A stretch of DNA of 64,000 bases, taken from assembly GCA_051294375.1 (NCBI GenBank), contig CM119267.1, positions 22,755,486 to 22,819,485 on the forward strand, given 5' to 3'. How positions within the stretch are numbered: position 1 is the first letter of the stretch; each line of letters starts with the position of its first letter. A model generated the notes under the pieces. The model was not told the DNA's origin. It ran no database searches and saw only the letters and a list, made by a program, of their open reading frames with translations. This document shows, one piece after another, positions 26,901 to 39,988 of the stretch. Source of the stretch: Paraspadella gotoi (lineage: Eukaryota; Animalia; Chaetognatha). The translations under genes and the position numbers were made by a program.

Positions 26901-29385
26901 CTCAGTTTTCTAAATCTACTGATTAAAATTCCCAGTTTTTCCGGGACCTTAAACAAATTACTCCGCCGCTCCTCTAGTAAAGTGCTTCCCTTATTAAAAT
27001 TTTATATTTTTAAATATATTGCAATCAAGATTCAACAACGATCTTCTGTGTCATTCATCAATTACTAAAGGTAAGTTATTGTAAATGATAAATAAGATCT
27101 ACGTAATTCAACATAATCTAGAAGGGGTTTCACATATTGGTTCACCTGAACAATAGTCGATCCCTATCAGTGTCAATCCATCGTTTGGTTTCCTCTGTCA
27201 TTGTTGTTTAGCTGTCATCTTTTCTGTTGCTTCTTCGGTATGTTAATTCTCGCCACTGCTTCGCATTGTGTCGGACATCCTCTCTGGTGTGCAGTACAGT
27301 CTGCTGGGCTCGATAAACGTCCTCTCGAAAGTCGTCCCGATTTCCTCAGAGGGTTTATGAACGGATTCTTCAATCCTGAGGGTATTTGGTTTTGACGAAA
27401 TAACTTCCTCTTCCGTTTCTTGTCCTCGCCCTCTTTTGTAGGTCCTCAGCGCTGTTCCTCGGCGAGAGTCCTCAATTATCCGTTAATGGATACAAACGGA
27501 TGAGTTTCCGCTCACTCCACGATGCTTTCAACCTTTCTTCCAAGGATTAAAATACCATTTGAGGGTGCAGTCTCCGTTTGGTTCGGTCGTCTGGATATGT
27601 TGGTCCCTCCAGGGTCTCCTGGAGCTACAAAGTTGTGTCCGTGCATTGTATTCCCCTTCTCGGTTATGAGACAATCCCATTCGATCGAATTCCTAAAAAT
27701 TTCGTTGTAATTCTTTGATTAATTTTTCGCCCTCGTCCACAAAGGGCCCACAAATTCTTTCTAGCCATTAGACATGATATTATTAACCTAAATCATATTT
27801 TCCCACCTTAATATGAATTTCTTGTGCGTCCTCATCTTTTGGTTTGACCCCTTTTTTGCAGTCGCATGATACCGGGCCTCTTTAGCATTGTCGCGCATCT
27901 AATTCATGAAGAATCCTGCCACCGGGGAAGACAACTCTTTCCACGAAGATTTATATTCGTTAGTCTCACAATTTCGATCCTCACTTCCGCCTGAGGACTG
28001 CCTCAGCATAAGATCTTCGACCGTTTTCACCCTGATTTTCTTTTGAACCGATATGCCGTTGCGTTTGTTTGGACTTGCTCCGTTTTCTTGCTTCTTTGAA
28101 GCTACGACATCCTTGGTAAGACGCTTATGATTACCCCCGCAGTTGCTGCATCTTAGGCTTCGTTTCCTTTCCGCTTTGCATTTCCGAATGGTGGTGAGAT
28201 CCCCGCATTTGACACAAGTATTTGTTGTCGCTTGCAATTATTCGCTCGATAACCGAATCTTCTGACATTTAAAACATTGAATCACCGTATTTGAGATAAA
28301 ATCAGTGCACATTGTGAACTTTATAAAATGCCGTGAAATTCCTCGATAGAATCTTAATCTTTTTCTTGTTTCGAGGTTAAACTGACCTTGATATTTCCAG
28401 CTATCCACCTCGGCGTTCGCTGCTGGGAGTCTTAGAACTATCAACTGGATAGTATCCTTTATTGGGCCGCTAAATGCCTCCGTAATTTTCTCTGTTGTAA
28501 TTGATGGATGAACCCCTTAAGGAGGATGTCTTGTCTTATTGCTCTTTCGACAGGGAGTTTCTTTCAGGTTTATAAGGATTCTGCTTCCCACGCAGTTCGG
28601 CCTGGAAGAAGACATTAAAAGCCGCTTTGAGCATCCTGTGCTATTAAAATAACTTCTCCCCTTTTAGTGATCTTTTAATTCTCTTCAACAACAGCATCGT
28701 CTCCTTTTATATTTTTCAACCAATTCGATACTTTCATTCTAATTCTCTGACCTCCTTCGGATATTCCCGTCGAGCATTATCGATTCTCATTTTGCCGCCC
28801 GTCGGAGTTCCTGCTGTTTGCGAAGTGGTGGCCCTTAGGGTTGTAGGTTCCTCCGATGTTGTTCACCTCCGGGCCCGTCGTGGTTGACCTCGCAGTCTGT
28901 GTGCCCCGCCGATCGTAGCTGTCGGTCCATTTCCCACCTCTATGACTTGATCCCGTCACCTTTCGCCAGGTCTTCTATGTTCTTTTTCGAGGGACGCCTT
29001 CTGGTGCTTTTCAATCGGAATAGAATTGTTCGATATTGTCGGACCAAATTCTCTGTTTTGAACTTGTCTGATGCAAATATTTGATATGAATCACGTTCTT
29101 TCTGTTGTGGAGCAGCCATCTTATTTTTCACCAAGCCAAGGCCTCCCGGCCCGAGCCCTAAGTGGTATCACTCACACCAGCAAAGTAGTTTTTTCTTTCT
29201 AGTGTTTTTGAAGGTTTAACGATGTATTCTTATTTCAATCAGCTTCAATTTTCCACTTCGTATAAACACTTTCCACCCCAGGTAGAATCCGGGGGGAAAA
29301 AGACTTATAAAATTCGTGAAGATTACCGGAAATCTCGATAAATTTGATAAATTCGATAAATGTCAAGAGGGGAAGCGATCTGAGG
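23997..29385 (-). mobile_element. Near full-length non-LTR retrotransposon (Jockey/I-group-like), frameshifted
   Basis: ORF1 remnants ~27170-29119 with zinc knuckles (IQCFKCQ, TCVKCG, RCSNCGGNH). ORF2 remnants ~24170-27180 with APE endonuclease motifs (IIGDLNS, ILDLCIG, GSDH) and RT motifs (GEDGI, RPISL, GGIISPDLFSIYVFDI). The 3' end has AATAAA followed by a (TCTAA)n tail at ~23997-24025. The 5' end is approximate. Confidence 0.88.
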
Positions 29386-30185
29386 AAATCGTTTATAACT
29401 TGCCTATAGTTTGTTGCTCATTTGTTAAAAATCAAATCTAAGCGACTACTGGCGCCGCCATTTTGTTTTTAAAGAAATGTTATAAACTATAAGGAATAAA
29501 TGACATGATAAGTAAGTTCCTTGTTTAACCGGAATTTTGATATCCATATCTATGGTTTTTTTTCTAGTCGTTTTTTTAATAAAAAAAATATTACTCATAT
29601 TTTATTTTTTTAAAAATATTACAATAAGAGATAGAGACATCTTTTGAGAGTCGGTAAACATTAAGGAAAAACCCCAGAGAGACGAGTCACGTGATCATCG
29701 GGGGAAATCGCATGAAATAATAGAACCGCGATTTGTTTAGTCTTCTCTACTTTGGATTAAAGAGAGGGAGAGGGAGGGAGAGAATAAAAGAGCAAAAAGA
29801 ATTATGGGTTGGGTGGAGGTAGGGAAGTTGAGAGAGCGAGAGATAGAGAGATGGAGAGATAGAAAAGAAGAGATGGAGGGATTGAGGGTTGGATAGATCG
29901 AAAGACGGATAGAGAAAAGAGAATATAAGGGTCAGGAAGATAGAGACAGATGAAGATGTAGATATTTTAATATTTTGTACCATTAAACATTTAATATTTT
30001 TATATTTTGACCTCTTGATAATTTCTTCTCTTTTTCGATCTCTTCGCGTTTCGATTTTTCACTTTCACTTTCTTTTTCACTTTCGCCTTTTCTCTCCTTT
30101 CAGTCTCTCGGTTTCTGAGAAGAAGATTTTTATCGAAACACCTGANNNNNNNNNNNNNNNNNNNNNNNNNTGCTTATTTCTTTCC

Positions 30186-30261
<76 letters not shown>

Positions 30262-30835
30262 GACGTAAAAAATGTATGACTTTGAACGCGTCTCCTCCGG
30301 CTTTCGGTAAACAGACCATACGCTCTCAACTGCTGGTTAAGCATTCATAATTCAAATCGTGCAAATATTATTTTTCACTGAACATACACACTTTCATAAA
30401 AATATCCATAACTTTGAGGAACTATGTATCAGTATCGATATCATAGCCTATCCTGGGTCAGGGGCAAAGAGCTTATTTATAGAATGAATGTGTACAATTT
30501 TAAAAGATTGAATCGCACTAAATAGTTAAATAGTAAAAAATGTTAACTATTTAGCTCAGCTTGAAATCTGTTTTAGGAAGACCCGCCTTTTGATCATTTT
30601 ATTCTTTGCCATCGAATTGAAAAATAGCAAAACATCTTTTACTTTTTGGGCTAAGATAAAAAAACAAAACGGGAGTAAAAAATTTGTTTTTTTAAATTTT
30701 GATTGAAAAACATGTTTTTTCTTTGGGCATTTTGTTCTTCCCTTTTTTTAAGGGACAAAAGAATGAAAATATTTCCTCGCACGATTCAATATTCATCCTC
30801 AAGGCTCATCTCTCTCTCTCTCTCTCTCTCTCTCC

Positions 30836-30875
<40 letters not shown>

Positions 30876-31692
30876 TTGAACTTTATGTTTAAACAAGAAA
30901 TTTAGTTTATTCCAAACTCTTTCTTTCCTTTTCCGAACCGATTCAAGGAGTCACAAAAAATGCCCATTAACAATTTTCAAACGGTAATACCAGCCAGCTC
31001 TCTAGCGCCCCCCATTTCCCCCTGGCAAAAAAAAAAAAAAAAGCAAAAGAAGAAAAAAAATAACCGCTTCCTGCTTTTTTTCGGTCGTGAAAAGTTTTAG
31101 CCGATCGCGAACAAAGTTTTAGCCGATCGGTGAACTATCATCACTTTTTTAACTTCCAGATCCCGGGTTTCGAAAAAGAGGTTCAGGTCAAACCTGCCAA
31201 GGATCTTCGGGAACGAACCCCAGCCTTCTCGACCTGGCATCTCTCTCTCTCTCATCTCTCTCTCCGTTCTCCACCCTCCTCTCTCTCTTCTCTCTCTCTC
31301 TCTCTCTCTCTCAATCTCTGTCTTCTCTCTCTCTCCCACTGCCTCCCCCCATCTCTCTCTCATCCCTTTCATTTAAACATCCTACTCAGAGTCCTAAAGA
31401 ATATTTATAATTTAAAAAGAAAAAACCTCCAAAATTTTGCCCGCTAATTTTTATCAACTTTTTAAAATTTTTAATTTTTTTTTTAAAAGGAAGCTTAAAA
31501 TTTAAACAGAGTTTATTACCGTCATGTTATGCATCAGTGTTGTGTTTACGACACTTACGGGTATACGCGGTTTTACGACAAAAGTTGAGTCTGATTTGAA
31601 CAGAATAAAAAATAGGAAGCGGTTTTGACTCCTCCTTCACAAAAGATTCATTCGTTCCTTCTCGTTCACGTTCACGCAACTCATCACTCCGC

Positions 31693-33410
31693 TTATTTAT
31701 CTGATTCCTCACAGCAGGAGGCCAGCATGCCGCAACTGGGCATACCCCATTTCCCTCGATAATAAGTATTATCAAAAAAGCAGCTGCTCATTCTGCTTCG
31801 TCTCCTGGGATCGCGGTTGCTCGGCTCCTGCGACTTCCTGTATTTTGCTCCGGTTCCCTCGCTGACCCACTTTGACCATTTCCAATATTCAACTTTCACT
31901 GCAGGACTTAATAGATCTTTAAATTAATTCCCGAATGCAAACTTTTTAAAGTTAATCTAAAATTAAGATATCCATTTTCTTTCCATTCCCATGCTTAACA
32001 TTAAAGTTAATTTTTAAATTATGCAAAAAATTAATTGCTAAGTGTCGTTTTGTTTTCAAACCGATAAAACCCCCAAAAAAATTGTTATTTTTATTTTAAA
32101 CGTGTTAAACTTTTCGAAACATGGACCGAGTTTTTTAAATATTAATGGTGCAAACTTCTCTTTGAATTAAAAAAAAAAAAAAGAATTAGACCGAAAAAGT
32201 TTTCTTGTATAAAAACTCATTACACTAACATCGAAATACGATTGAAGATTTGAGGCTCATCTCTATAAGTTTTAAATACGTCTTAGTAAACTATGTATCA
32301 GTGAATTCAAAACGATATCACTGAATCACGAATTGGCTTAATCACGTTTCGAAGCCGATAAACCCCACTCCAAAATTTATCCAGAACTAGATCATAGTAT
32401 TATTTTACGCAATCAATCCAAAATAAAGTAGTAATTGAAATTCCATAGTTTTCGTCTGCTCGCGGTTTAATTAAACTCGTAATTTTCTTCGCATAACTAA
32501 ACCAAAAAAAAAGTAAATGAGTTCGTCCGAATTCGCCGAAATTCTTCCTTCGATTCAATTACGGGATTTAAGAATCAGAGTTTTTTCACGTTTTTTTTTT
32601 AAATAATTTTTTAAAACGTTCTTTCAAACCTCGACACAGAAGATCGACATTCTTCAAGTCCTGAGCTATTCATATAAATATACTAATCATACTTTTATAA
32701 TCGACGCCCTGTGGCTGGTAACGCGTTATTACCATTTCAAACCTGCGCCCGGAAGAAAATTTAAAAAATGTGAATTGTAAACGTGATTTGTGAACGAAAA
32801 CAAAAAGAAGAAATTCGCGCTCATTGACTTGAGTTTTGCATCGGACTTTGAGCAAATCCAAGTGACAGTGAGAAACGATTTGAGTGAAGGAGAAAATGGG
32901 GGGGGGGGCCGTGATGGATTCACGTGTTTGGAGAAAAGAGCGAAAGAAAATATTAACTATCGTTACAATAAATATTGATTCATAAACAACGCTTAACATG
33001 TTTAAAGTAGGCGTGACAATGTCGTTCGCGTACATTTACCACATTAATCATTTAACAATTAATAAACCGATTTAGTTTACATAAACACACAAGTATCATT
33101 GTACAGTCTATCTCGTTTTCTTTTACTTTTTAGCGACACGTTTCCTCCCCAAAAATTGGCGATAACAAAATAATAAACAATTAATTTAAAAACTAACAAA
33201 AGCAACGAGAACCTTACCTGGTGACGAGGAGAGGTTTCCGACGACGACGTCGACGAAACCGGAAGATGCGTTCCGACTCCGAAGGCGGACGTCGACGCCC
33301 CGGAGATATCCTCGACGCGGGATCCGAAGTCCGCGATCCGCTTTCGTCTTCGACGTCGTCGACACACCGCGGAACACTCCGAGGGGTCGTACGACCGAAG
33401 GTGGCGCCAT
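31693..33410 (-). other. Candidate exons of an unidentified small gene (33218-33410 and 31693-31898; duplicated at ~42368-42562 and ~40810-41017)
   Basis: A GC-rich island ends in CCAG|gtaag (phase 1). It joins in frame to ctgcag|TG AAA GTT..., giving ...SSSPVKVEYWKW...CGMLASCCEESDK*. No homology recognised, and the two copies disagree in frame. Confidence 0.25.
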
Positions 33411-35487
33411 GAGGACGGTGGGGGTGGTGGGGATGGGGGGTAGAGTGGACGGAGAAGTTCGTTTAAAGGGGGGAAAGTTGGGGGGGGGGTATTTAGACGC
33501 CCAGGCAAAAAGGGGGGGGATAGAGCGACGACGATTAGATGATCAAATCTCAGAGTTTCTTCGTTTTTTCTTTTCTAAATTAAATTTGATTTAATATTAT
33601 TCGCGAAGGTCGCGAGTTCGTAGGATGAATTTATTTTATTTTTTTTTCAGTAATTTTTTCAAACGAGAACTTTTTAGCCCCGTGAGACGGTAGTGACGAT
33701 GTGTTTTTGTCTCTTTGATCACAATGGAGCCTTCGAGAAGTTTTCTTTTTGAAAACAAATAAATAGTAAACAATAAGCTCAGTAATACTGTAGTCGGCAT
33801 TGCATAAGTGATCCCGGTATAAGCATGATGCCTTCAGTCGTGTACGGCTGGATCATTGAGAATATCATCAGCTCCATGATCATGTACCTACCGCCGGGAA
33901 GCGTGAAGACAGAGCGCTTTACACGCTATACTAACATAGTCTTATTAAAATATTTTTATTTCTTATATACTTTATTAAAAGGTTCTTTTATTTTAAGCTG
34001 ACTAATTATGAGATATTTGAAATTTTAGTTATTTAGTATTTTAATTCTAATTAATTTGCCTTTTCCCTTTCCATTTTTTTCAGCCCTTAGTCTTAAAGGG
34101 AAAAGTAAAGTTAAAGTTTCCTTACAAAACAGTAAAAAAAATTTGGGAACGGTTTTTAAGCGAGTTTAATTTTGCTTAAATCATTAACCGATAAAAAAAT
34201 GTCTCTCCCTTAGGAAAAGACAAATAAAAAAATATTAAAAAAAAAAACAGTTAACCTATGACCTTTGCACACTTTTTGTTCTAAAAAAAAAAGTTAACAA
34301 ACTAGTAAAAAAAATAATGCAAATAAACTTTAAAAAACACGGATTTTTTCCCTAAATTTTGTGAGGGAGCCTTCATTCCGTTAGACCTTCTTTCAAAACA
34401 TAAAAAAAAATAAATAAAAAACAAAGAAAAAAAGAAAGAAAAAAGGAATTTTTTTTTCTTCAACAAAGAAAGAAAACAATCAACTATTTTGTTACTTTTA
34501 TTTTGTTTTAAATCCTATTTTCGTCTTTTGGCGTTTGAACAGATCTCATTACACGAGAGGCGCGGCGATCAGCGTCCGGCTCGCCGTCTTTTGTTTTTTG
34601 TTCAAGTTCGTTATGTTTATATTTCCTTGTTACGTTTTCGGCGTCAGTCTCGCGGGGGGCTGTGCATCTCCAGATCGATGACGATCATCCCAACATCTCG
34701 CGGACGCCAAAGCACTGACGGCGAATCGCTGGAAAAAAATAAATGACCAAAAATTATGATATTTCCTTTAATTCTGAACACTTAAAATTAACTAGGAAAC
34801 AAGCGTCGTTTTTAAACAAAAACTCATTGTTGATCCTCCAAATTCCATGGCGTTTTGTTTTTTGTTGTTTTTTTTAGACAGAATAAGAACAAAAAAACAA
34901 AACAAAAAAGCTTGCTTTGGCGTCAAAAATCAGTCGAAACAAGTTTTGCCTTTCGATTTTATCAAATCCAAATAACGAGAGGAAAAATCCAATGAAAAAA
35001 GGAAAAAAAACAAGAATAACTTAACATTGAAAAAAAAGAAAGAGATTCTTGGAAAAAATTGAAATCCGCTCCACAACAGAGACGAAGGGGAAAAAAAATC
35101 TTTTTTTGAAAGTGAAGATGATTAAGAAAACTTTTTTGATCCGTGAGCAAATTGAAGGCAATAAGATGTGAGTGCTGGTTCATTTAAAAATAAAATATAA
35201 TTTAAAATGAAAGAATTGGATAATGAAACAAATGTAATACGTTATGGACGGACCCGGAATCTCGTAGATTTTAAAAATAGATTTTTAAAAAAAATCAGTT
35301 CTAGTCAACTAAGTGAAAAAAAAAAAAGAAATAAACAAAAACACAGAGACAAAAATATTTAAAATTTTTAAAAATGACGAAGATGCGAAAATCAAACGAC
35401 GCCGACGGTGATGAAAAAACTAATACAGAAGAACAACAAAATAACAACACGATCTATTTGATTCCCTGAAGGTTATTTCGCGGAAGA

Positions 35488-35528
<41 letters not shown>

Positions 35529-36844
35529 AGAGAAGAGAGAGAGAAGCATGTGGTTTTTGACGCGCCAATTCTCCAACATTTTCCGTCTTTGCAAAAGAGA
35601 AAAGCAGTTTGCAGTTGTTGTCATGTCTCAGCGAGCGCCGACAAAGGAGCCACACTCCGGATGTCGGCCGGCGGTCCTTTTATAATTCCGATATAATCAG
35701 AATTTTTGACGCGAGTGCTCCTTTTTTTCTGAACGGGGTTATTAATCCTGCCGTCCGTCGTCCGTTGTTGTTGTCGGTCGATAATTCGACGCTCTGTTCG
35801 CGAGATAAATCGCCAATCATACATTGGTGAGAAGAAAAAAAAAAAAAAAAAAAAATGAGTGAAGAAGGAGAAGAGAGAGAGAAGGGAGAGAAAGGGAGAA
35901 AGAGAGAGAGAGAGAGAGAAGAGAGAATGCACCCGAAATGTCAATCGGACAAAAAAAAAACCCCGGATCGTTAATAGGAAAAGAATTGGAGATGTGGAGA
36001 ATGACAGGGAAGAGAAGGCCGATCCGAGTGTCGAAAGTGGATGGTTGATGGCGTATAAGTAAAACTCCATTTGCCGAATATAGAGTTAAAAAATACAAAT
36101 TTAAAAAAAAAATATAAAACGAATACAACGGCAAAATTTATTTTGGTCGTCGTTTTATTTTTATTTTTTAATAAAAAAGATCAAAAATTAATCGAAATCT
36201 TTCGTTTTGAATCGGATCTTTCTATTAGTCCCCCCCTCCACCCCTCCCTGATCAAGCAATTTAACTTCTGTACAAAAAGGGTTTTTTTATGAAATTGAAA
36301 AGGTAAAATGTATATTTTTTTTAAACCTAAAAAATTACACCATAGTCTTTTAATTTTTACCAACTGCTTCAGTCCATAATTTTATTCTTTTTTTCTCTTT
36401 TTCTTCTCTCTATATCTCTCTCACTCTCTTTCGCCTTCTAAAAAAAATTAAATATAAAAAAAAACCAATAACTATTTTTATTTTAATAAAACCAATGCCA
36501 AAAAATTCTTTTTAATTTTTAAAAACGCGTCGGAAATATCGCGGGGACGAAAAGTTTTTGCGTCGACGGACGAGACGTCCGACGAGACGATCCGGGGATC
36601 CTGGAGGGAGGAGGAGGTAAGAAGAGGAAGAGGAAGAAGAAGGGGAGGAGGAGAGAAGAGGAATGAAAAAGAAGAGGAGGGGGAGGAAAAAGGTGGAGAA
36701 CGAAGGATGAAGACGAGGCATCCATAAGTTTTCGGGCAGGAATCTTCTTAAAGAGTACGAAATGGCGGTTAAAAACGAAATCTTAAAATGAATAAACAGA
36801 GAGAAGAAGAGAGAGAGAGAGAAGAAAGAGAGAGAGAGAGAGGA

Positions 36845-36880
<36 letters not shown>

Positions 36881-38619
36881 TAGAGAGAGAGATCTCCTTG
36901 GACCAACTTGAGCGGGAAACGGTGAAACACCTCGCCGTAAACTTCGAAATCCGAACGAGATTCCAGTTGGTTTTAATCCCAAAGGAACAAATATAGAATT
37001 AAATTCTGCTAATAAAGGTTTCAAATATTTTCTAATTCATTTGGTAAACCGAGAGACGCCTTTAAACTCCAACACCTCTTTCTCGCTAACTGATGGCCAA
37101 GGTGGTTCAGTGTGAGTGACGACTCACTCTCAAAAATTACGAAAATATCTATCTGAAATTCCTAAATTGGATGAAAAATCCTCTAATATTTTTCTATATA
37201 CTACAGTTAGTAAATAAAAAATTACTTTCTCCCTATAACTACAGAACTTTTGATACAAAATAGTCGCCGAAGTTTCCCAGAAAGAAATCTATTACACAAT
37301 CTTTTGACAACATTGAAAATAGGAACAAATATAATCAAAAAATTACATCTTTTCGCGCAACTCAATTAGCATGATTGGCGATGAATGAAAAAAATAGCCT
37401 AATTTCTCAATTATACATTAGTTCAAAGTGGCAAGACGCAAAAAAGCAAGAGCAATTAAAAAACAGAGTTCTTGTTTTTTGGGGGATTTAATCGATCAAG
37501 AAAAAAACCTCGCTTTAGTATAATATTTGTTCAAAAACAGACAATCCAAATTTAACTAAAAATGGTAATGAAAATATACAAGAATTCTAAAAAACATAAG
37601 CAAAATGGCGGGCACTTATAGCTGGTAAATTAAACACGCCTAAATAAAAGGTTAAATACATATATGATAAAATAGTTTTACATAAGTCTATCCATGCGCC
37701 TGAAAAATATGATAATGACGAATGGCCCATTTTTAAAATAAAGTTTTTTTCAAAAGAATGCTCAAAACAGATGTCCTCATCCGACAATGGAATAATAATA
37801 ATAATGTATGTAATTGTTATTTAAAAAACGCATAGAAGGCAATTTGTGGTTAATAAATCAAACCATGAACGTCCAAAAACAATCTCTCGCAATGTATCAT
37901 GGATTAAATTTTTGATTTAGAACCAAAACGGGGGGAAAAAAAACAACAAAAAAAAAAACTGAAAACAATGGATGCAAATTAAAGGATGGATTAGAATAAT
38001 GATTAAAATATGATAAAACATAAATTAAATACTAAATTTTCTGAAACAGAACTGAATTTCATCGGCTTCATTGCGAAAACAGTGCCTGAGCAAAATTTAA
38101 TCAACTCTTCAAAAAAAGTTTTAACTACTTTTTTTCTTAAAAAATACACCAGCTTTCAACTTGGTACAGACACAAAAAAAACAAAAAAAAAAAAAACAAA
38201 AGCAGGAAAGGAAATATTTAAATTCAAAAAGTTTATTAAAACAGAGTAAATTTCGAATTAAAATTAGATTGATGAGTTCATTGGGACGCGAAAATAGAAG
38301 AGAATAACTGAATTAGCTGTAGCATAGTAGTGTTTCCGTATATATCTCTCTTCATGTTCAATACTGGATTATAAACTTTAAGCCCATAAAGTCATTGCGT
38401 TCTGATCCTACTCTCGTTTAAATTTTCCTCAAAGCCGCCTCTGATTTCTTTTGTTCGTCTAATTTCTCTTGTCTGCAGCAGAGGAATAAATTTTGTGTTT
38501 GAATTTTCTCGTCTCTTTCCCGCATCGAACGAACAAAGAACACGGGAATAAAAGCGCGCGAATTAAGACATAAAGAAAAATAACCCTTCCCATCCCTCTT
38601 ACTCCCACCCTCTTCTTCA

Positions 38620-38879
38620 AAACCCCGCTGAGCCGTCGTTTGCGGCCCTCGCCGCTTGTCCTTTTACTTTGGCTTTTCCGCAGCTCCGTTAGCCGCTTTT
38701 CGCGCAAGCTGCAAGCTTCCTTCTCCTTCCGCAATATCTCCTCCTGCGCATGATCTCCTGCGCAATCCCCGCCCCACCATTTGTTATGACATTGAATCTT
38801 CTCCTCGTCCTTCTCAATCGCGGAGCGCTTGGCGGCGCTACGAGCGCCCCCGCCTCCCTTCACCGCTTGCCGGGCCCGC
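38620..38879 (-). pseudogene. TLN: Frameshifted duplicate of the last talin exon (inside the 9-kb duplication; probably an assembly artefact)
   Basis: Near-identical to 47612-47872 but with many small indels; AQEEILRKEKE and KRLTELRK are still visible. Confidence 0.8.
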
Positions 38880-39932
38880 CTGAGTGGTTGGAGTGGGGAA
38901 AAAAGTAAGTTGGAATAGGGTAAAAGTTGAAGCGAATGAGCTGGAAAGTGTGAGAACTAATTTGTAAAAAATGTTAATTAATGTGACGATAAATACCACG
39001 GTAATTCTTCCAACCGACATTTTTTTTTAGAAAATCCAATTCGTAATTGATCAAAGTTTTACAGACCTAAAGTTTATCAAAATATAATTTTAATGAAAAA
39101 AAAAACAAAATAAAATTGTAAATTTTAACTTTGATCCAACTCGACGAAAGCGAAAGATAGGAAGAGTGAATCGATTTTGTTTTTAATTTCATTTCGAATC
39201 TGAATTTTTAAAAATTCCACCTAAAAATAACATAAAATTGGTGACGTCCACCTCCCGAGCGCAAAATTGCGAAGAGCGATAAAAGGAAATTTTATAAATA
39301 ATTTACAGGTTCGCTGTGTTTCGTCAAAAGCATTGTAAACGACCTTAGGATTTTACTTTTTAGAAGAAGAGAGAGAAGAGAGAGAGAGAGGAGAGAGAGA
39401 GAGGAGAGAGAGAGAGAGAGGAACTCTCCTCTTGCTCTCAACTGCTGGTTAAGCATTCATAATTCAGAATCGGTGCAAATATTATTTTTCACTGAACATA
39501 CACACTTTCATAAAAATATCCATAACTTTGAGGAACTTATGTATCAGTATCGATATCATAGCCTATCCTGGGTCAGGGGCAAAGTAGCTTATTATAGAAT
39601 GAAATGTGTACCAATTTAAAAGATTGAATCGCAGCTAAATAGTTAAATAGTAAAAAATGTTAACTATTTAGCTCAGCTGAAATCTGTTTTAGGAAGATCC
39701 CGCCTTTTGATCATTTTATTCTTGCCATCGAATTGAAAAATAGCAAAACAATCTTTACTTTTTGTTGGCTAAGATAAAAAAAACAAAACGGGAGTAAAAA
39801 ATTTTGTTTTTTTAAATTTTGTGAAAAACATGTTTTTTCTTTGGGCATTTTGTTCTTCCCTTTTTTTAAGGGACAAAAGAATGAAAATATTCCTCCACGA
39901 TTCAATATTCATCCTCAAGGCTCATCTCCTCT

Positions 39933-39988
<56 letters not shown>

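Noticed and set aside
29385-29397. Possible LINE target-site duplication (aaaacgcttata vs aaatcgtttata)
   Set aside because: Imperfect match in AT-rich sequence; cannot be supported.
38459-38883. A second talin paralogue
   Set aside because: Only the last exon is present, within a near-identical noisy duplication.
39633-39673. 14-bp inverted repeat agctaaatagttaa...ttaactatttagct (also ~30516-30555)
   Set aside because: Isolated AT-rich hairpin with no associated element; the second copy is just the large duplication.
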